A DNA stretch of 47,891 bases from Paracoccaceae bacterium (GCA_007123625.1 SKKS01000294.1:1-47891); one strand, 5' to 3'; counted from the first letter of the stretch, positions 29,225-38,883 are shown. Made by a program: numbers and translations. The notes: a model not told the origin generated them from the letters alone.

Positions 29225-29240
29225 TGGCACGGCGTTTGCA
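29225..29240 (+). promoter_or_regulatory. sigma54 promoter of flgP-flgT-flgA
   Basis: TGGCACGGCGTTTGCA. Confidence 0.85.
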
Positions 29241-29280
29241 CCCGTTCCGGCAGATATCTCTTCAGCACGCCGAGGTCCGC

Positions 29281-29808
29281 ATGCCCTGCTCCCCTGTCCA
29301 CCCGCGCCCTGCCTTGACTTCGGTCGCATTCCTGATTGTCCTTGCCGCTTGTGCGCCCAGTACGCGCACTGCGGTCGACGCGCTGCCGCGCGCCGCAACG
29401 GAAGGCACACGCCAGCTGGCGGAGGCGAAGGATATGCTGGATTCGCTGGAACCGACGGTCGAGGTGCGCAGCCGCGCCGCACCGCTGAGCGGGCGGGGAT
29501 TTGCCCAGGTCGCCGCACAGCCGGGACAGACGCTGAACCAGCGCCGCCTGCTGGCCATGCGCGCCGCACGGCTGGATGCGCTGCGCGACCTGACCGAACA
29601 GGTGCATGGCATCCGGATCAGTTCGGACAGCCTGATGCGCGATGCGGTGTTGCGCGATGACCGGCTGGCCGCACAAGTGCAGGGCACGCTGCGGGGCGCG
29701 CGCACGGTGGCAATCGATCCGCGCGGCGACGACGGCTACGCCGTGACCATGGAGCTGGACGCCGATACCGTCGCCTATGTCTTGCGCGCCGTGGGGACGG
29801 GCCGATGA
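29281..29808 (+). CDS. flgP: LPP20-family flagellar lipoprotein FlgP
   Basis: Lipobox LAAC; QRRLLAMRAARLDALRDLTEQVHG; upstream of flgT. Confidence 0.8.
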   Translation: MPCSPVHPRPALTSVAFLIVLAACAPSTRTAVDALPRAATEGTRQLAEAKDMLDSLEPTVEVRSRAAPLSGRGFAQVAAQPGQTLNQRRLLAMRAARLDALRDLTEQVHGIRISSDSLMRDAVLRDDRLAAQVQGTLRGARTVAIDPRGDDGYAVTMELDADTVAYVLRAVGTGR

Positions 29809-30905
29809 CCGGCCTCACGCGGCGCGGCCTTGTCCTGGGCACGCTTGCACTGGCGCTGGCTCCGCCTCCGGTCCATGCTGCGACCTGGGTCGAAGTGACC
29901 GGCAGCGCCCTGATCCACAATGCTGCCGACCTTGATGCCGCGCGCAGGCGGGCGCTGGCCGATGCCCTGCTGTCGGCAGCCTTTGCCGGTGGCGCGTTGG
30001 TGCAGGGGCATTCGGTGATGGCAATGTCGCGCATGACCTCGGACCTGCTGATCGTGCGGCCGGTGGCGCGGGTGCTGGGGTTCCAGATGGTGTCGCAACA
30101 ACAATCCGGCGCGCAATGGCATGTGCGCATCCGCGCGCAGGTCGGCAGCCCCGCGCCGGGTCACTGCACCGACCGCCGGGCGCTGGCGCTGACCCTGCCA
30201 CCGCCCGAGATCCACGTTTCTCCGCAGGCGCCCGCATGGGCCGAAGCCCTGGCACGGCAGGTCGCGGCCACCCTCATCGACCTGACCCGCCACCGCCCCG
30301 AGGTCGCCGAGATGACGCTGATCCACGGCCATCCGGGCCCGGACCCCACCCGCGACGCCACCGACTGGCGCACGCTGACCCAGGGAAGTGCCCGCATGCC
30401 CGCAGGGGGCCACGGGCTGGCCATACGCGTGCATATCGCCCCCGAGGGCCGCGCGCTGGTGCTGCGTCTGGCATTGCATCTGACCGGACCTGCGCAGGAA
30501 AACATCACCCGCGACCACGTTGCGCAGATCCGCCTTCCCGCGCCGTCGGTGCTGGGCCGCGCCGCACCGCTTGCGCAACCCGACCGCGACCGGCTGGCGC
30601 ACGACCTTGGCCGGGGCGCCGTGCCCGCTTTGCAGGCGCTGTTGCAGCAGGCGGGCTGCCAGCCCGTGCGCGCGGTCCTCGTCCAAGACGGCAACGGACT
30701 GCACGCTCCGGCGGGGCGGATGCACGGGCTGACGCGGTCCGCGCTCGCCTTTACCATCGATCGCGATCATTCGGCGGAAATGCTGGAAGTCGCGCAGCTT
30801 TCTGACCGAAGCGTGCGTCTGGCCCCACTGGACCCGACCCGCCCGCCGGCGGCATTCGCGGGCCGCGCCGTGCGCTTCATGGACACAGGCGGGGGTCTGC
30901 CGTGA
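29805..30905 (+). CDS. flgT: H-ring protein FlgT
   Basis: FlgT N-terminal pattern WVEVTGSA.I....D.ARRRALADAL..A...GGA.V; paired Cys; context. Confidence 0.75.
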   Translation: MTGLTRRGLVLGTLALALAPPPVHAATWVEVTGSALIHNAADLDAARRRALADALLSAAFAGGALVQGHSVMAMSRMTSDLLIVRPVARVLGFQMVSQQQSGAQWHVRIRAQVGSPAPGHCTDRRALALTLPPPEIHVSPQAPAWAEALARQVAATLIDLTRHRPEVAEMTLIHGHPGPDPTRDATDWRTLTQGSARMPAGGHGLAIRVHIAPEGRALVLRLALHLTGPAQENITRDHVAQIRLPAPSVLGRAAPLAQPDRDRLAHDLGRGAVPALQALLQQAGCQPVRAVLVQDGNGLHAPAGRMHGLTRSALAFTIDRDHSAEMLEVAQLSDRSVRLAPLDPTRPPAAFAGRAVRFMDTGGGLP

Positions 30906-31648
30906 CGCAGCGCGGGCTTGCGGGTGCGCTGGCGGCACTGCTGGCGGTCCCTGCACTGGCGCAACCGATTCCCGGCCCCGAAGTGGCTGCCCTTGTCGCG
31001 CAGGCCATGACGCAGGCCGGGCAGCCCGGGGCCCGGGTCGCAGCGCCAATCCGGGCCTTTCCGCCGTGCGATCATACCCCGCATGTGGCGCCGGGTCCAA
31101 GAGGTTGGGCAATGGTCGAAATGCGCTGCGATGCCCCTGCCCCGTGGCGGCGCACGCTGCGCACCAATGCCTTGCCCGCCGCTGTCCATGACACTACCGG
31201 CACACCGCACACCACTGCCGCCAACCCCGCCCCCGACACCGGGCACCCGGTGCTGGTGGCCGCGCGTCCGATTGCCCGCGGGGAACGACTGCGCGCGGTT
31301 GACCTGCGCCCGGGCCCTGCAGGCGGAGGCCAGCGCCTGGGTCATCTGACCGACCTTGCGCAGGCCGAAGGGCGCCGTCTGCGGGTGTCGCTGATGCCCG
31401 ACCAGCCGGTGCTCGAGCGCCACCTGGACCCCGCGTATGATGTCGCCATCGGAGAGCGGGTGGCGCTGCGACTGGTCGCGGCAGGGATCGAGATCGGGAT
31501 CACGGCCACAGCGCTGGAGAATGGCTGGCGGGGTGATCGCATCATGGTCCAGCCCTGGAATTCGCCCCGCAAGGTGCAGGCACAGGTGATCGTACAGGGA
31601 ATTGTGCAGGCCACGCCTAAACTCGGCGCAAGGGATGCCGTTCAATGA
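30902..31648 (+). CDS. flgA: P-ring chaperone FlgA
   Basis: SAF domain VLVAARPIARGE, ALENG..GDRI.V.....S.R. Confidence 0.88.
   Translation: MTQRGLAGALAALLAVPALAQPIPGPEVAALVAQAMTQAGQPGARVAAPIRAFPPCDHTPHVAPGPRGWAMVEMRCDAPAPWRRTLRTNALPAAVHDTTGTPHTTAANPAPDTGHPVLVAARPIARGERLRAVDLRPGPAGGGQRLGHLTDLAQAEGRRLRVSLMPDQPVLERHLDPAYDVAIGERVALRLVAAGIEIGITATALENGWRGDRIMVQPWNSPRKVQAQVIVQGIVQATPKLGARDAVQ
31618..31644 (+). promoter_or_regulatory. sigma28 promoter of flgM, inside the flgA 3' end
   Basis: TAAA-N15-GCCGTTCA. Confidence 0.75.
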
Positions 31649-31666
31649 GTGAAACCGGAGGCTGTC

Positions 31667-31969
31667 ATGGTCAACAACATCACCTCGAACATCACCCAGT
31701 TGCGGCCAGTCGGCGACGCGGACCTGTCGCGCAGCGGCAAGGTCCAGCCCGGCGGCGGCACAACGTCGGCGGTGGCGCATCCATCGACGGATGACGTGCG
31801 CCTGTCGGTGGCACCACGCACACTGCCAATGGAAATGCAGAAGGGGCCACCGGTCGATCAGGGCCTTGTGGACCGCCTAAGCGGCGAAATCGCCTCGGGG
31901 CGCTATCCCCTCGATCCTGCAAGGATCGCCGATGCCCTTTTTTCACAAGCCGCAATCCTGGCTGAGTGA
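31667..31969 (+). CDS. flgM: Anti-sigma28 factor FlgM
   Basis: DDVRLS...VDQGLVDRL..EIASGRY.LD..RIADAL; follows flgA. Confidence 0.88.
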   Translation: MVNNITSNITQLRPVGDADLSRSGKVQPGGGTTSAVAHPSTDDVRLSVAPRTLPMEMQKGPPVDQGLVDRLSGEIASGRYPLDPARIADALFSQAAILAE

Positions 31970-31990
31970 CCGGCAAAAAGGACCGCTTCC

Positions 31991-32383
31991 ATGCCTATGA
32001 TGATCCCCATACTGGTCACCTTGCTCTTTCTGGCGTGTTCCAGCTTTGCGCTTGGCCTGTTCCTCAGCTGGCGCAGCTTCCGGCGACAGACCGACGCCAA
32101 CGGCACGGCCATACTGAGCAGTATCGAGACAATGCTGCGCACCCACGCGTTGCAGATACAGATCATGCATGACGCCGCCGAAGTGCAGCGCAGGGCAGAC
32201 GCCACGGCGCTTTCGGCACATGTCGATACCATCCAGTCGGATGTGGAATGGCTGGCAGGCGAGAAGATGATCGCAGAAGCCGTTAAGCTGGTTCAGGACA
32301 ACATGCCTCTGTCCCAGATCAGCCATGAAACCGGCCTTTCGCACGATACGATTCGCACGCTGGCGACATATCGGACGCACTGA
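31991..32383 (+). CDS. Membrane-anchored protein with C-terminal HTH-like region (DUF2802-like)
   Basis: N-terminal TM, coiled coil, AVKLV......QISHETGLS....TL. Confidence 0.6.
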   Translation: MPMMIPILVTLLFLACSSFALGLFLSWRSFRRQTDANGTAILSSIETMLRTHALQIQIMHDAAEVQRRADATALSAHVDTIQSDVEWLAGEKMIAEAVKLVQDNMPLSQISHETGLSHDTIRTLATYRTH

Positions 32384-32428
32384 AGCGGCACCGTGTTTCG
32401 AAAAACGGCTGCCGGACGCTTTCGGATC

Positions 32429-32466
32429 AACGGGAACCGCGCGGGCGGTTCCCGTTTCGGTTTTTT
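32429..32466 (+). terminator. Rho-independent terminator of the flgM operon
   Basis: 12-bp stem AACGGGAACCGC/GCGGTTCCCGTT followed by a T-tract. Confidence 0.75.
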
Positions 32467-32602
32467 GCGATGATGCATGCACACCGTCGCAGGGTTTTTG
32501 GCGCGAAGCCGTGGGAAATGCGCGGCGGCGGCTGTCTGTTCAGTTTGTGTAAATTTCTAACGGGCAGTCTGCACGGGTCAGAGTCTGGTTCGGGCAACCG
32601 GT

Positions 32603-34861
32603 ATGCGTATTGTCATTGTCGAAGATCACCCGATGGTCAGGGAAATCCTGGTCTCGGCGCTTGGGGGCACCCGGGGGTATCGGGTCGCGGGGTACGATAC
32701 TGCGGCGGCGGGCATCGCAGCCTGTCTGGACGGTGCGGACCTGGCGGTTTTCGACCACCGGCTGCCCGACATGACCGGCACCGAAGCGGTGCGCCACCTG
32801 CGTGCCGATCCCATGACCGAGCATCTTCCGGTGATCGTGGTAACCGGCGATGATGATGGCGCAACGCGGTTGAACGCCATCAGCGCCGGGGCGACCGAAT
32901 TCCTGACCAAGCCGGTGAATATCGACGAGTTGCGGCTGCGGGTCCGGAACCTGCTGGCCCTGCAACAAGCGCAGAAGAACGCCAATGATCGCGGCAACCT
33001 GTTGGAAACCCTGATTTCAGGGTCCGACGCCCGAATCGCTGTCGCGGATGCGGGGGCGCCCGAACGGCCGGTCTTGTATGTCAGCACTGCATTGCAGACC
33101 ATGCTTGGCATGGGTCCGGTGGACATGGGGCGCGATGCCGCCGCGTTTCTGGGGCTGAATTCGGATCCTTCGGAAGACCGCGACCAACTGCAAAAGGCGA
33201 TCCGCGCCTGTCAGCCGGGTCGTTTTGTCGTGCGCTGCACGCAACGCGGCGGCCCTGCGTTCTGGAACGCAGTCACACTGCACCCCGTGCCTGCCGCCGG
33301 GGCACAGGCGCGGTTCCTTGTGGCCAGCCACCAGAACATCAGCGAAGTTGTGGAAATGCGCGCCGATCTGAACCGGGTCGAGGGACGGCTTTCCGCCATT
33401 GCCAGGATCAGCGGCGCGTGGTTCTTCGAACTCGACGCGCATCTGTGCCTGTCCTATGTCTCCGAAAGCATGGCGAATGCGTTCTCGGTGGAGGTCGCGA
33501 CCATTCTGGGCCGCCATATCGACATGCTTGGCATACGCCTTCAGGACCCTGCGCTGCGGCATCAGCCGCTGAGCGCGTTGCTGAAGGGGCAGGATACGCG
33601 CCAGCTCGATGCGCTGATGAGCTTCAAACTGCCGAACGGGACAATCCGGGCGGTACAGGTTTCCATGGTGCCCTTCCTGGACGAGGCGGGCGGCTTTGCC
33701 GGCTTCCGCGGCTATGCGGGCGATGTCAGCGCGCTGGCCGAGGCGCGCGACCAGGCCGAGCGTGCCAGCAAGGCAAAATCTGCGTTTCTGGCAACCATGA
33801 GCCACGAAATGCGCACGCCTCTGACGGCAATCCTGGGTATGTCGGAGGTCATGGCACAGTCAGTCGCTTCCGTGCAGCAGCGGGAGCATCTGGGCATGAT
33901 CACCGATGCCGCACACGAACTGACCACCGTGCTGGGCGATGTGCTGGATGTGGCGCGGCTGGACGATGGCCCATTGCAGCTGCCCGAGGCGCCGTTCGAC
34001 CCGCGCGAAACTTGGGCGAATGCAACGGCGCCACACGCTTCCCTTGCACGCGGCAAGGCGCTGGACGTGCAGATCAGCACGATCGGCGATGACGCGGCGC
34101 CGCGTCTGGGCGACGCGCCGCGCGTGGAACAGCTTCTGCGTCACCTGCTGTCGAATGCGGTCAAGTTTACCGACACGGGCCGGATCACCGCCCGGATGGA
34201 CCTTACCGACCCGGACCGGATAGCCTTTTGCATTTCCGACACCGGGGTCGGCATGGCGGCACACCAGATCGCACAGGCATTCGAACCATTCCGCCAGCTT
34301 GATGACGGAATCGCACGCCGCTTCGGCGGCAGCGGCGTGGGGCTGAGCATCGCGCGCTGGCTTGCGCAGTCCATGCAGGGCAGTCTGGAACTGACATCGT
34401 CCTCCGGTCAGGGAACGACCGTTGACCTGGTACTCCCGCTGAAGCGGGCGATGCCAGTCAATGCGGGACAAAGGGCGCTCGCAGATCTTGGGGGGCTTGC
34501 GGTTCTGGTCGCAGATGACAGCACCGCGAACCGCCGCTTGCTGGACCTGATCCTGTCGGGCATGCAGGCGCGGGTGACCCTTTGCCCCGACGGCGCATCG
34601 GCGCTGGACGCCTGGAAGGGGACCGAGTTCGATCTGCTTCTGCTCGACATCAACATGCCGTTCATGGCCGGCACGGACCTGATGCGCGAAATCCGCAGGC
34701 TGGAGTCCGAGGCCCGCAAGGACCCCGTGCCCGCCGTTGCCGTCACCGCCAATGCCATGCCCGAACAGGTGCGCGAATACTTGGCGGCCGGGTTCGACGG
34801 GTGCATCGCCAAGCCGTTCACATCGGGCAACCTGAAGAAAGCGCTGGCCGATCTGAACTGA
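32603..34861 (+). CDS. Cytoplasmic hybrid kinase REC-PAS-PAS-HisKA-HATPase-REC
   Basis: N-terminal REC (IVEDH...FDHRLP...KP), two PAS domains, FLATMSHEMRTPL, SNAVKFT, GGSGVGL, C-terminal REC LLDINMP. Confidence 0.9.
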   Translation: MRIVIVEDHPMVREILVSALGGTRGYRVAGYDTAAAGIAACLDGADLAVFDHRLPDMTGTEAVRHLRADPMTEHLPVIVVTGDDDGATRLNAISAGATEFLTKPVNIDELRLRVRNLLALQQAQKNANDRGNLLETLISGSDARIAVADAGAPERPVLYVSTALQTMLGMGPVDMGRDAAAFLGLNSDPSEDRDQLQKAIRACQPGRFVVRCTQRGGPAFWNAVTLHPVPAAGAQARFLVASHQNISEVVEMRADLNRVEGRLSAIARISGAWFFELDAHLCLSYVSESMANAFSVEVATILGRHIDMLGIRLQDPALRHQPLSALLKGQDTRQLDALMSFKLPNGTIRAVQVSMVPFLDEAGGFAGFRGYAGDVSALAEARDQAERASKAKSAFLATMSHEMRTPLTAILGMSEVMAQSVASVQQREHLGMITDAAHELTTVLGDVLDVARLDDGPLQLPEAPFDPRETWANATAPHASLARGKALDVQISTIGDDAAPRLGDAPRVEQLLRHLLSNAVKFTDTGRITARMDLTDPDRIAFCISDTGVGMAAHQIAQAFEPFRQLDDGIARRFGGSGVGLSIARWLAQSMQGSLELTSSSGQGTTVDLVLPLKRAMPVNAGQRALADLGGLAVLVADDSTANRRLLDLILSGMQARVTLCPDGASALDAWKGTEFDLLLLDINMPFMAGTDLMREIRRLESEARKDPVPAVAVTANAMPEQVREYLAAGFDGCIAKPFTSGNLKKALADLN

Positions 34862-35539
34862 TCACTTGCCGGGCGCCTGCATGTCGGGGCTGGGCGGCGC
34901 CTCCATAGATGCCATCACGCCGCATGAAGGGGGCCTGCCTGTCTCCGCAGCCGCGCACCAGGTGGCAAAGGCCTCGAGCGCATGCGCTTCGACGCGGGAA
35001 AGGTCATCGCGAGACATGCGGGCGCGTGTTTCCGCCCGCGCACGCGCGGCGCCGGGCGCATCGAGCGCCGCTGCGATATCCTGCCAGGCGTGGGCCGCCA
35101 GCAGATCGGGTTCGGGACGGATCAGCGCCACCACGATTGCAAGACCCAGCATCGCATCGGCGGAACCGGCGGCGGCGGCGGGTGTCAGGTTTTCTTCAAG
35201 CCTTTGCGCCAATCCGGTGCGGTCCGGCACAGCCAGATCCGCCAGCAACAGATCCGCCAGCGGCGCGGCCTCATCCAGCCCGGACAGAAACGCGTGCATC
35301 GCCCAGAACGACGCCTCGGCCTTGCTGCGGGGCACCCCCTGTCCCAGCGCGAAAAGTACCGCCAGATTGTGCGCGGCGATCGCGTCACCGTCTTGCGCCA
35401 GCGCATGAAACCCCGCCGCCGCCTGCGCATGACGCCCTGCGGCAGCATCCGACATCGCCTGCGCAAACGGGTCCGCACGTGACGGACCGGCGGCAAGGGC
35501 CGCGCAGAATACCGCAAGGGCCACGGCCAGATACCTCAC
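34862..35539 (-). CDS. Secreted Sel1-repeat protein
   Basis: GTG start overlapping upstream TGA, signal peptide, AQDGD.IAAHNLAVLF..GQGVPRS..EA.FW Sel1 motif. Confidence 0.75.
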   Translation of the reverse strand: MRYLAVALAVFCAALAAGPSRADPFAQAMSDAAAGRHAQAAAGFHALAQDGDAIAAHNLAVLFALGQGVPRSKAEASFWAMHAFLSGLDEAAPLADLLLADLAVPDRTGLAQRLEENLTPAAAAGSADAMLGLAIVVALIRPEPDLLAAHAWQDIAAALDAPGAARARAETRARMSRDDLSRVEAHALEAFATWCAAAETGRPPSCGVMASMEAPPSPDMQAPGK

Positions 35540-35937
35540 TTCCCCGCCACCATGACAAGCTGCAGATACAACAGGCGCCGCATCTGCGTGCTTCCCTGCT
35601 GGCGTTCCTGCACGATCACCATCGGGCGCGTCTGGCCTTTGGTTACGACCTCGATCCGGATTGTGGCAGGCAGTTCGATCCGGTGCTGCGCCAGGGTCCC
35701 GTCCGGGTCCGCGCAAAACCGGGTCCTGAAATCGGCGTCGATCCAGCAACGTGCCAGCGCCCGACCCAGGATATCGGGCAGGTAGCGCTCCACTTCGGCG
35801 CGGCTTTCCAGCCGCGTCGCCCCTGCCGACAGTGCATAGGGATCCACCCCGGCGCGAGGTCCAGGTTGCGGGCCGGAGCGGCGCGCGGGCAGCTTGCCGT
35901 GAAAGGGCACAAGCGCCGTATTTGGTCGATATGACAT
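35536..35937 (-). CDS. NHLP-leader / nitrile hydratase alpha-like small protein
   Basis: GGAG RBS; LARCWIDADFRTRFCADPDGTLAQHRIELPATIRIEVV resembles the NHLP pattern ARAW.D..F...L..DP...L...GI.LP....++VV. Confidence 0.65.
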   Translation of the reverse strand: MSYRPNTALVPFHGKLPARRSGPQPGPRAGVDPYALSAGATRLESRAEVERYLPDILGRALARCWIDADFRTRFCADPDGTLAQHRIELPATIRIEVVTKGQTRPMVIVQERQQGSTQMRRLLYLQLVMVAGK

Positions 35938-35977
35938 CAAGGGCTCCGTCCGGGGCATGCGGCGTCTGTCGAAGCGT

Positions 35978-36004
35978 AGAACGGCACTGGATGCGCCCGG
36001 TTTA
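35978..36004 (-). promoter_or_regulatory. sigma28 promoter of the NHLP-like/Sel1 pair
   Basis: TAAA-N15-GCCGTTCT. Confidence 0.75.
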
Positions 36005-36141
36005 GCCATCGACGAAAGTATGTGTTCCGCAGACCATCGTTTCGCGGGTCGCCGATAGTGGATGACGCTTATCCGTCAGTGCTGTTGTACGCACGCGTCC
36101 CCCCGGGGAAACATGACGGAACGGATTTCAAGGATAAGAAC

Positions 36142-37269
36142 ATGGTCAAGCATTTCATCCCCCAGCCCGCGCATCCCTCGGCCAGCGCCGAACCCGCAGC
36201 GGACGCGGGCCGCGCGCAACTGCTGCTGGACCGGCTGATACCCGGAAATGCCGCGCCGATGCAGGCGATGAAGCGGATGATCACCATGCTTGCCCCCACC
36301 GCCGCGCCGGTTCTGGTGCAAGGGCCAAGCGGCGCGGGCAAGGAACTTGTCGCGCAGGCACTGCACAGGCTGTCGGGGCGGCAGGGCCAGATCGTGGCGG
36401 TCAATTGCGCCGCAATTCCCGCCGACCTTCTGGAAGGCGAATTCTTTGGCGCAGAGCGCGGCGCCTATACCGGTGCCGACCGTACGCGCGAGGGGCTGAT
36501 CGAACAGGCGCACGGCGGCACCCTGTTCCTGGATGAGATCGGCGATCTGCCGCTGGGCATGCAGGCCAAGCTGTTGCGGGTGCTGGAAACGCGCACTGTG
36601 CGCAGGCTGGGAGGTGCCGCGTCGGTGCAGCTGGATTTCCGTCTGGTCGCCGCCACGCACCGCGATCTGGCCGCGATGGTCACTGAGGGCACGTTTCGCG
36701 AGGATCTGTATTTCCGGCTTTCGGTGTTTCCGCTCAGGGTGCCGCCGCTTGCCGAACGGCTGGATGATCTGCCGCTGATCATGCAACACCTGCTGGATGC
36801 CGAAGCGCAAGGGCGCCTTGATGTGGCGCAGCCGGTGTTCGACGGCTCGGCCTTGCGCGCCCTTGCGGCGCACCCGTGGTCAGGCAATGTGCGCGAGCTG
36901 AGAACCGTGGTGCAGCGCGCCTGCATGCTGTTTCCAGGGCGCAAGGTCGGCGCGCGCGAAGTGGCCGAGAACCTGCTCCGCTTTGCCTGCCCCGCCGCAG
37001 AAAACCCCGCCTGGCCCGAAGCGCCGCTGCCGAAGGATCCGGCGCTGGACGACCCCGCGCGCTTTGCCGCAGTGTTCGAACAAGGCACAGGCCGGATCGA
37101 CCTGCGCGGCTATTTGCGCGATATCGAGGTCGTGATGATCACCGCCGCGCTGGACGCGCAGCACGGCTGCGTCAGCCGGACCGCAGACACGCTTGGCCTG
37201 CGTCGGACCACATTGATCGAGAAGATGCGCAAGTACGGGCTGGGCCGCCAGGTGTCATTTCTGCCTTGA
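36142..37269 (+). CDS. fleQ: sigma54-dependent flagellar master activator lacking an N-terminal regulatory domain (FleQ/FlrA-like)
   Basis: [52 protein letters not shown]. Confidence 0.85.
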   Translation: MVKHFIPQPAHPSASAEPAADAGRAQLLLDRLIPGNAAPMQAMKRMITMLAPTAAPVLVQGPSGAGKELVAQALHRLSGRQGQIVAVNCAAIPADLLEGEFFGAERGAYTGADRTREGLIEQAHGGTLFLDEIGDLPLGMQAKLLRVLETRTVRRLGGAASVQLDFRLVAATHRDLAAMVTEGTFREDLYFRLSVFPLRVPPLAERLDDLPLIMQHLLDAEAQGRLDVAQPVFDGSALRALAAHPWSGNVRELRTVVQRACMLFPGRKVGAREVAENLLRFACPAAENPAWPEAPLPKDPALDDPARFAAVFEQGTGRIDLRGYLRDIEVVMITAALDAQHGCVSRTADTLGLRRTTLIEKMRKYGLGRQVSFLP

Positions 37270-38883
37270 CCACATGTCGACCAGGTTTTGCAGGTAGCTT
37301 GCGGTCGAGTTCATCTGCGACACCGCCTGCTCCATCGCCGCAAAGCGTGACAGATAGCGCTTCTCGACGAGCGCGGCGCGGGTTTCCAGCATCTCGATGC
37401 GTTCGGCCCGTTGCGTATTCTGGCGGTCGATATCGTTTTCGCGCCGTCCGATCAGCCCCGCACCAGACACCGCGTCGTCGAGCAGGATCGCCAGCGATTC
37501 CGCAAAGCTGCGGCCGAAACGGACAGTATCGGAGGTCAGATCGGGTGGCGTGATAACGGACAGCCCGCGTGCCGGACCAGCCAGGACCGTGTGGCCCAAG
37601 CGCCCGTCGCGGAGCTGGAACCCGGACATGCGGAATCCGTCCAGCGTGGCATTGCCTGCCGCATCGCGTTCAAAGCGCAAGTCACCTGCCTGCAATCCCA
37701 CCGCCGGGGTGCCCGTCACCTCGGCCCGGCCCGAAAGCGCGCGCAGCTTGTTGTCGAACAGCGCATCGAAGTCCGATGCGCGCGTCGCGAATGTGCGGTC
37801 AAAAGCGGGCGGATCAAAGCGCAGACTGCCATTGCGTTCAGTGGCAATGCCCAGTTCGGCCAGCGATATGGGCCGGTTTGCAAATCCCGCGATCGGCTGC
37901 GCGATCAGACGACGCAGCGCCCCTTCGAGTGCCTGAAGATTGCGCTCGCCTGCGAGCTCGCCCGCCGCACCGTCACTGCCACCGGTGCGGGTGAGACCGC
38001 GCAGCAGACCCAGCGTGTCATTCAACCCCGCAATCAGCGTCTGCACATTCTCGCGCGCGGCGCTGCCATTGCGGTCAACCCTGAGCGTGCCGCTTGTCGC
38101 CGCCAGCAATGACACCTCGACCCCGGGCAGTATGTCGCTGATCTGGTTCGAGGGCCGCGTGACCGCGATGCCATTGACCCAGAATTGCGCATCCCCAGCG
38201 GCCTGCACCTGCCGCGCGGCGTTCGCGGTCGTGGTATCGAACGCTGCAAGCGACAGACCTTCTCCACCTGCGTCCTGCGCCCGAAGCCGCAGCGCATTCT
38301 GTGCGCCGGTATCGGTAAGCACACCAAGCGAGACCGTGCCATCGCCCTTGTCAAGGATCTGCGCGGTGACGCCAGGCAGACGGTTCAGGGTTTCGGCAAG
38401 CCCCTGCAAGGTGCTTCCGGGACCAAGAGTCAGGGTCAGGGAATCGCGCGCGGCATTCACCGCGAAATCATCGCCCGACCATGCCCCGAATTCCAGGGTC
38501 AGGTCGCCCGCAGCGAGCGTCTGCGTGCCCGAGGTGAAGCCTGCGAATTCCAGAACCTGTGGCCGCGCCAGGCTGGCCACATCCAGCGACACGCTCCCGG
38601 TCACAAGCGCCGCACGGTCCGTGACCCGTGGCGCCAGCGCGGCGGTATCCGTCTCGACCGTCAGGACAGGGTTGCCCGCGGCCTGGACAAGGGTCGCCCC
38701 AAGCGCGTCGAACTGCGCGCGGACCTGCGCCATCCCCGACAGGCGAAGGCTGTCATTCTCTTGCGCGCGTTGCAGCCGGTCGATCTGCGGCGCCGTTTCC
38801 GACGAAGCAAGTGTCTGGGCCAGTTCGCGCAGGTTCAGACCGGTTCCGCCCTTGTTGAGGGTGCTCAGCAAATCGGGTGTCAT
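37255..38883 (-). CDS. fliD: Filament cap FliD
   Basis: GTGLN...L, TRPSNQISDILPGV, LAELGI.T..NGSL, RY..RFAAME..VSQMNST; AAGGAGG RBS. Confidence 0.92.
   Translation of the reverse strand: MTPDLLSTLNKGGTGLNLRELAQTLASSETAPQIDRLQRAQENDSLRLSGMAQVRAQFDALGATLVQAAGNPVLTVETDTAALAPRVTDRAALVTGSVSLDVASLARPQVLEFAGFTSGTQTLAAGDLTLEFGAWSGDDFAVNAARDSLTLTLGPGSTLQGLAETLNRLPGVTAQILDKGDGTVSLGVLTDTGAQNALRLRAQDAGGEGLSLAAFDTTTANAARQVQAAGDAQFWVNGIAVTRPSNQISDILPGVEVSLLAATSGTLRVDRNGSAARENVQTLIAGLNDTLGLLRGLTRTGGSDGAAGELAGERNLQALEGALRRLIAQPIAGFANRPISLAELGIATERNGSLRFDPPAFDRTFATRASDFDALFDNKLRALSGRAEVTGTPAVGLQAGDLRFERDAAGNATLDGFRMSGFQLRDGRLGHTVLAGPARGLSVITPPDLTSDTVRFGRSFAESLAILLDDAVSGAGLIGRRENDIDRQNTQRAERIEMLETRAALVEKRYLSRFAAMEQAVSQMNSTASYLQNLVDMWSRQK

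Noticed and set aside
35536-35937. A true RiPP biosynthetic cluster or nitrile hydratase
   Set aside because: No Gly-Gly/core peptide, no metal-binding Cys motif, and no modifying enzymes or transporter nearby
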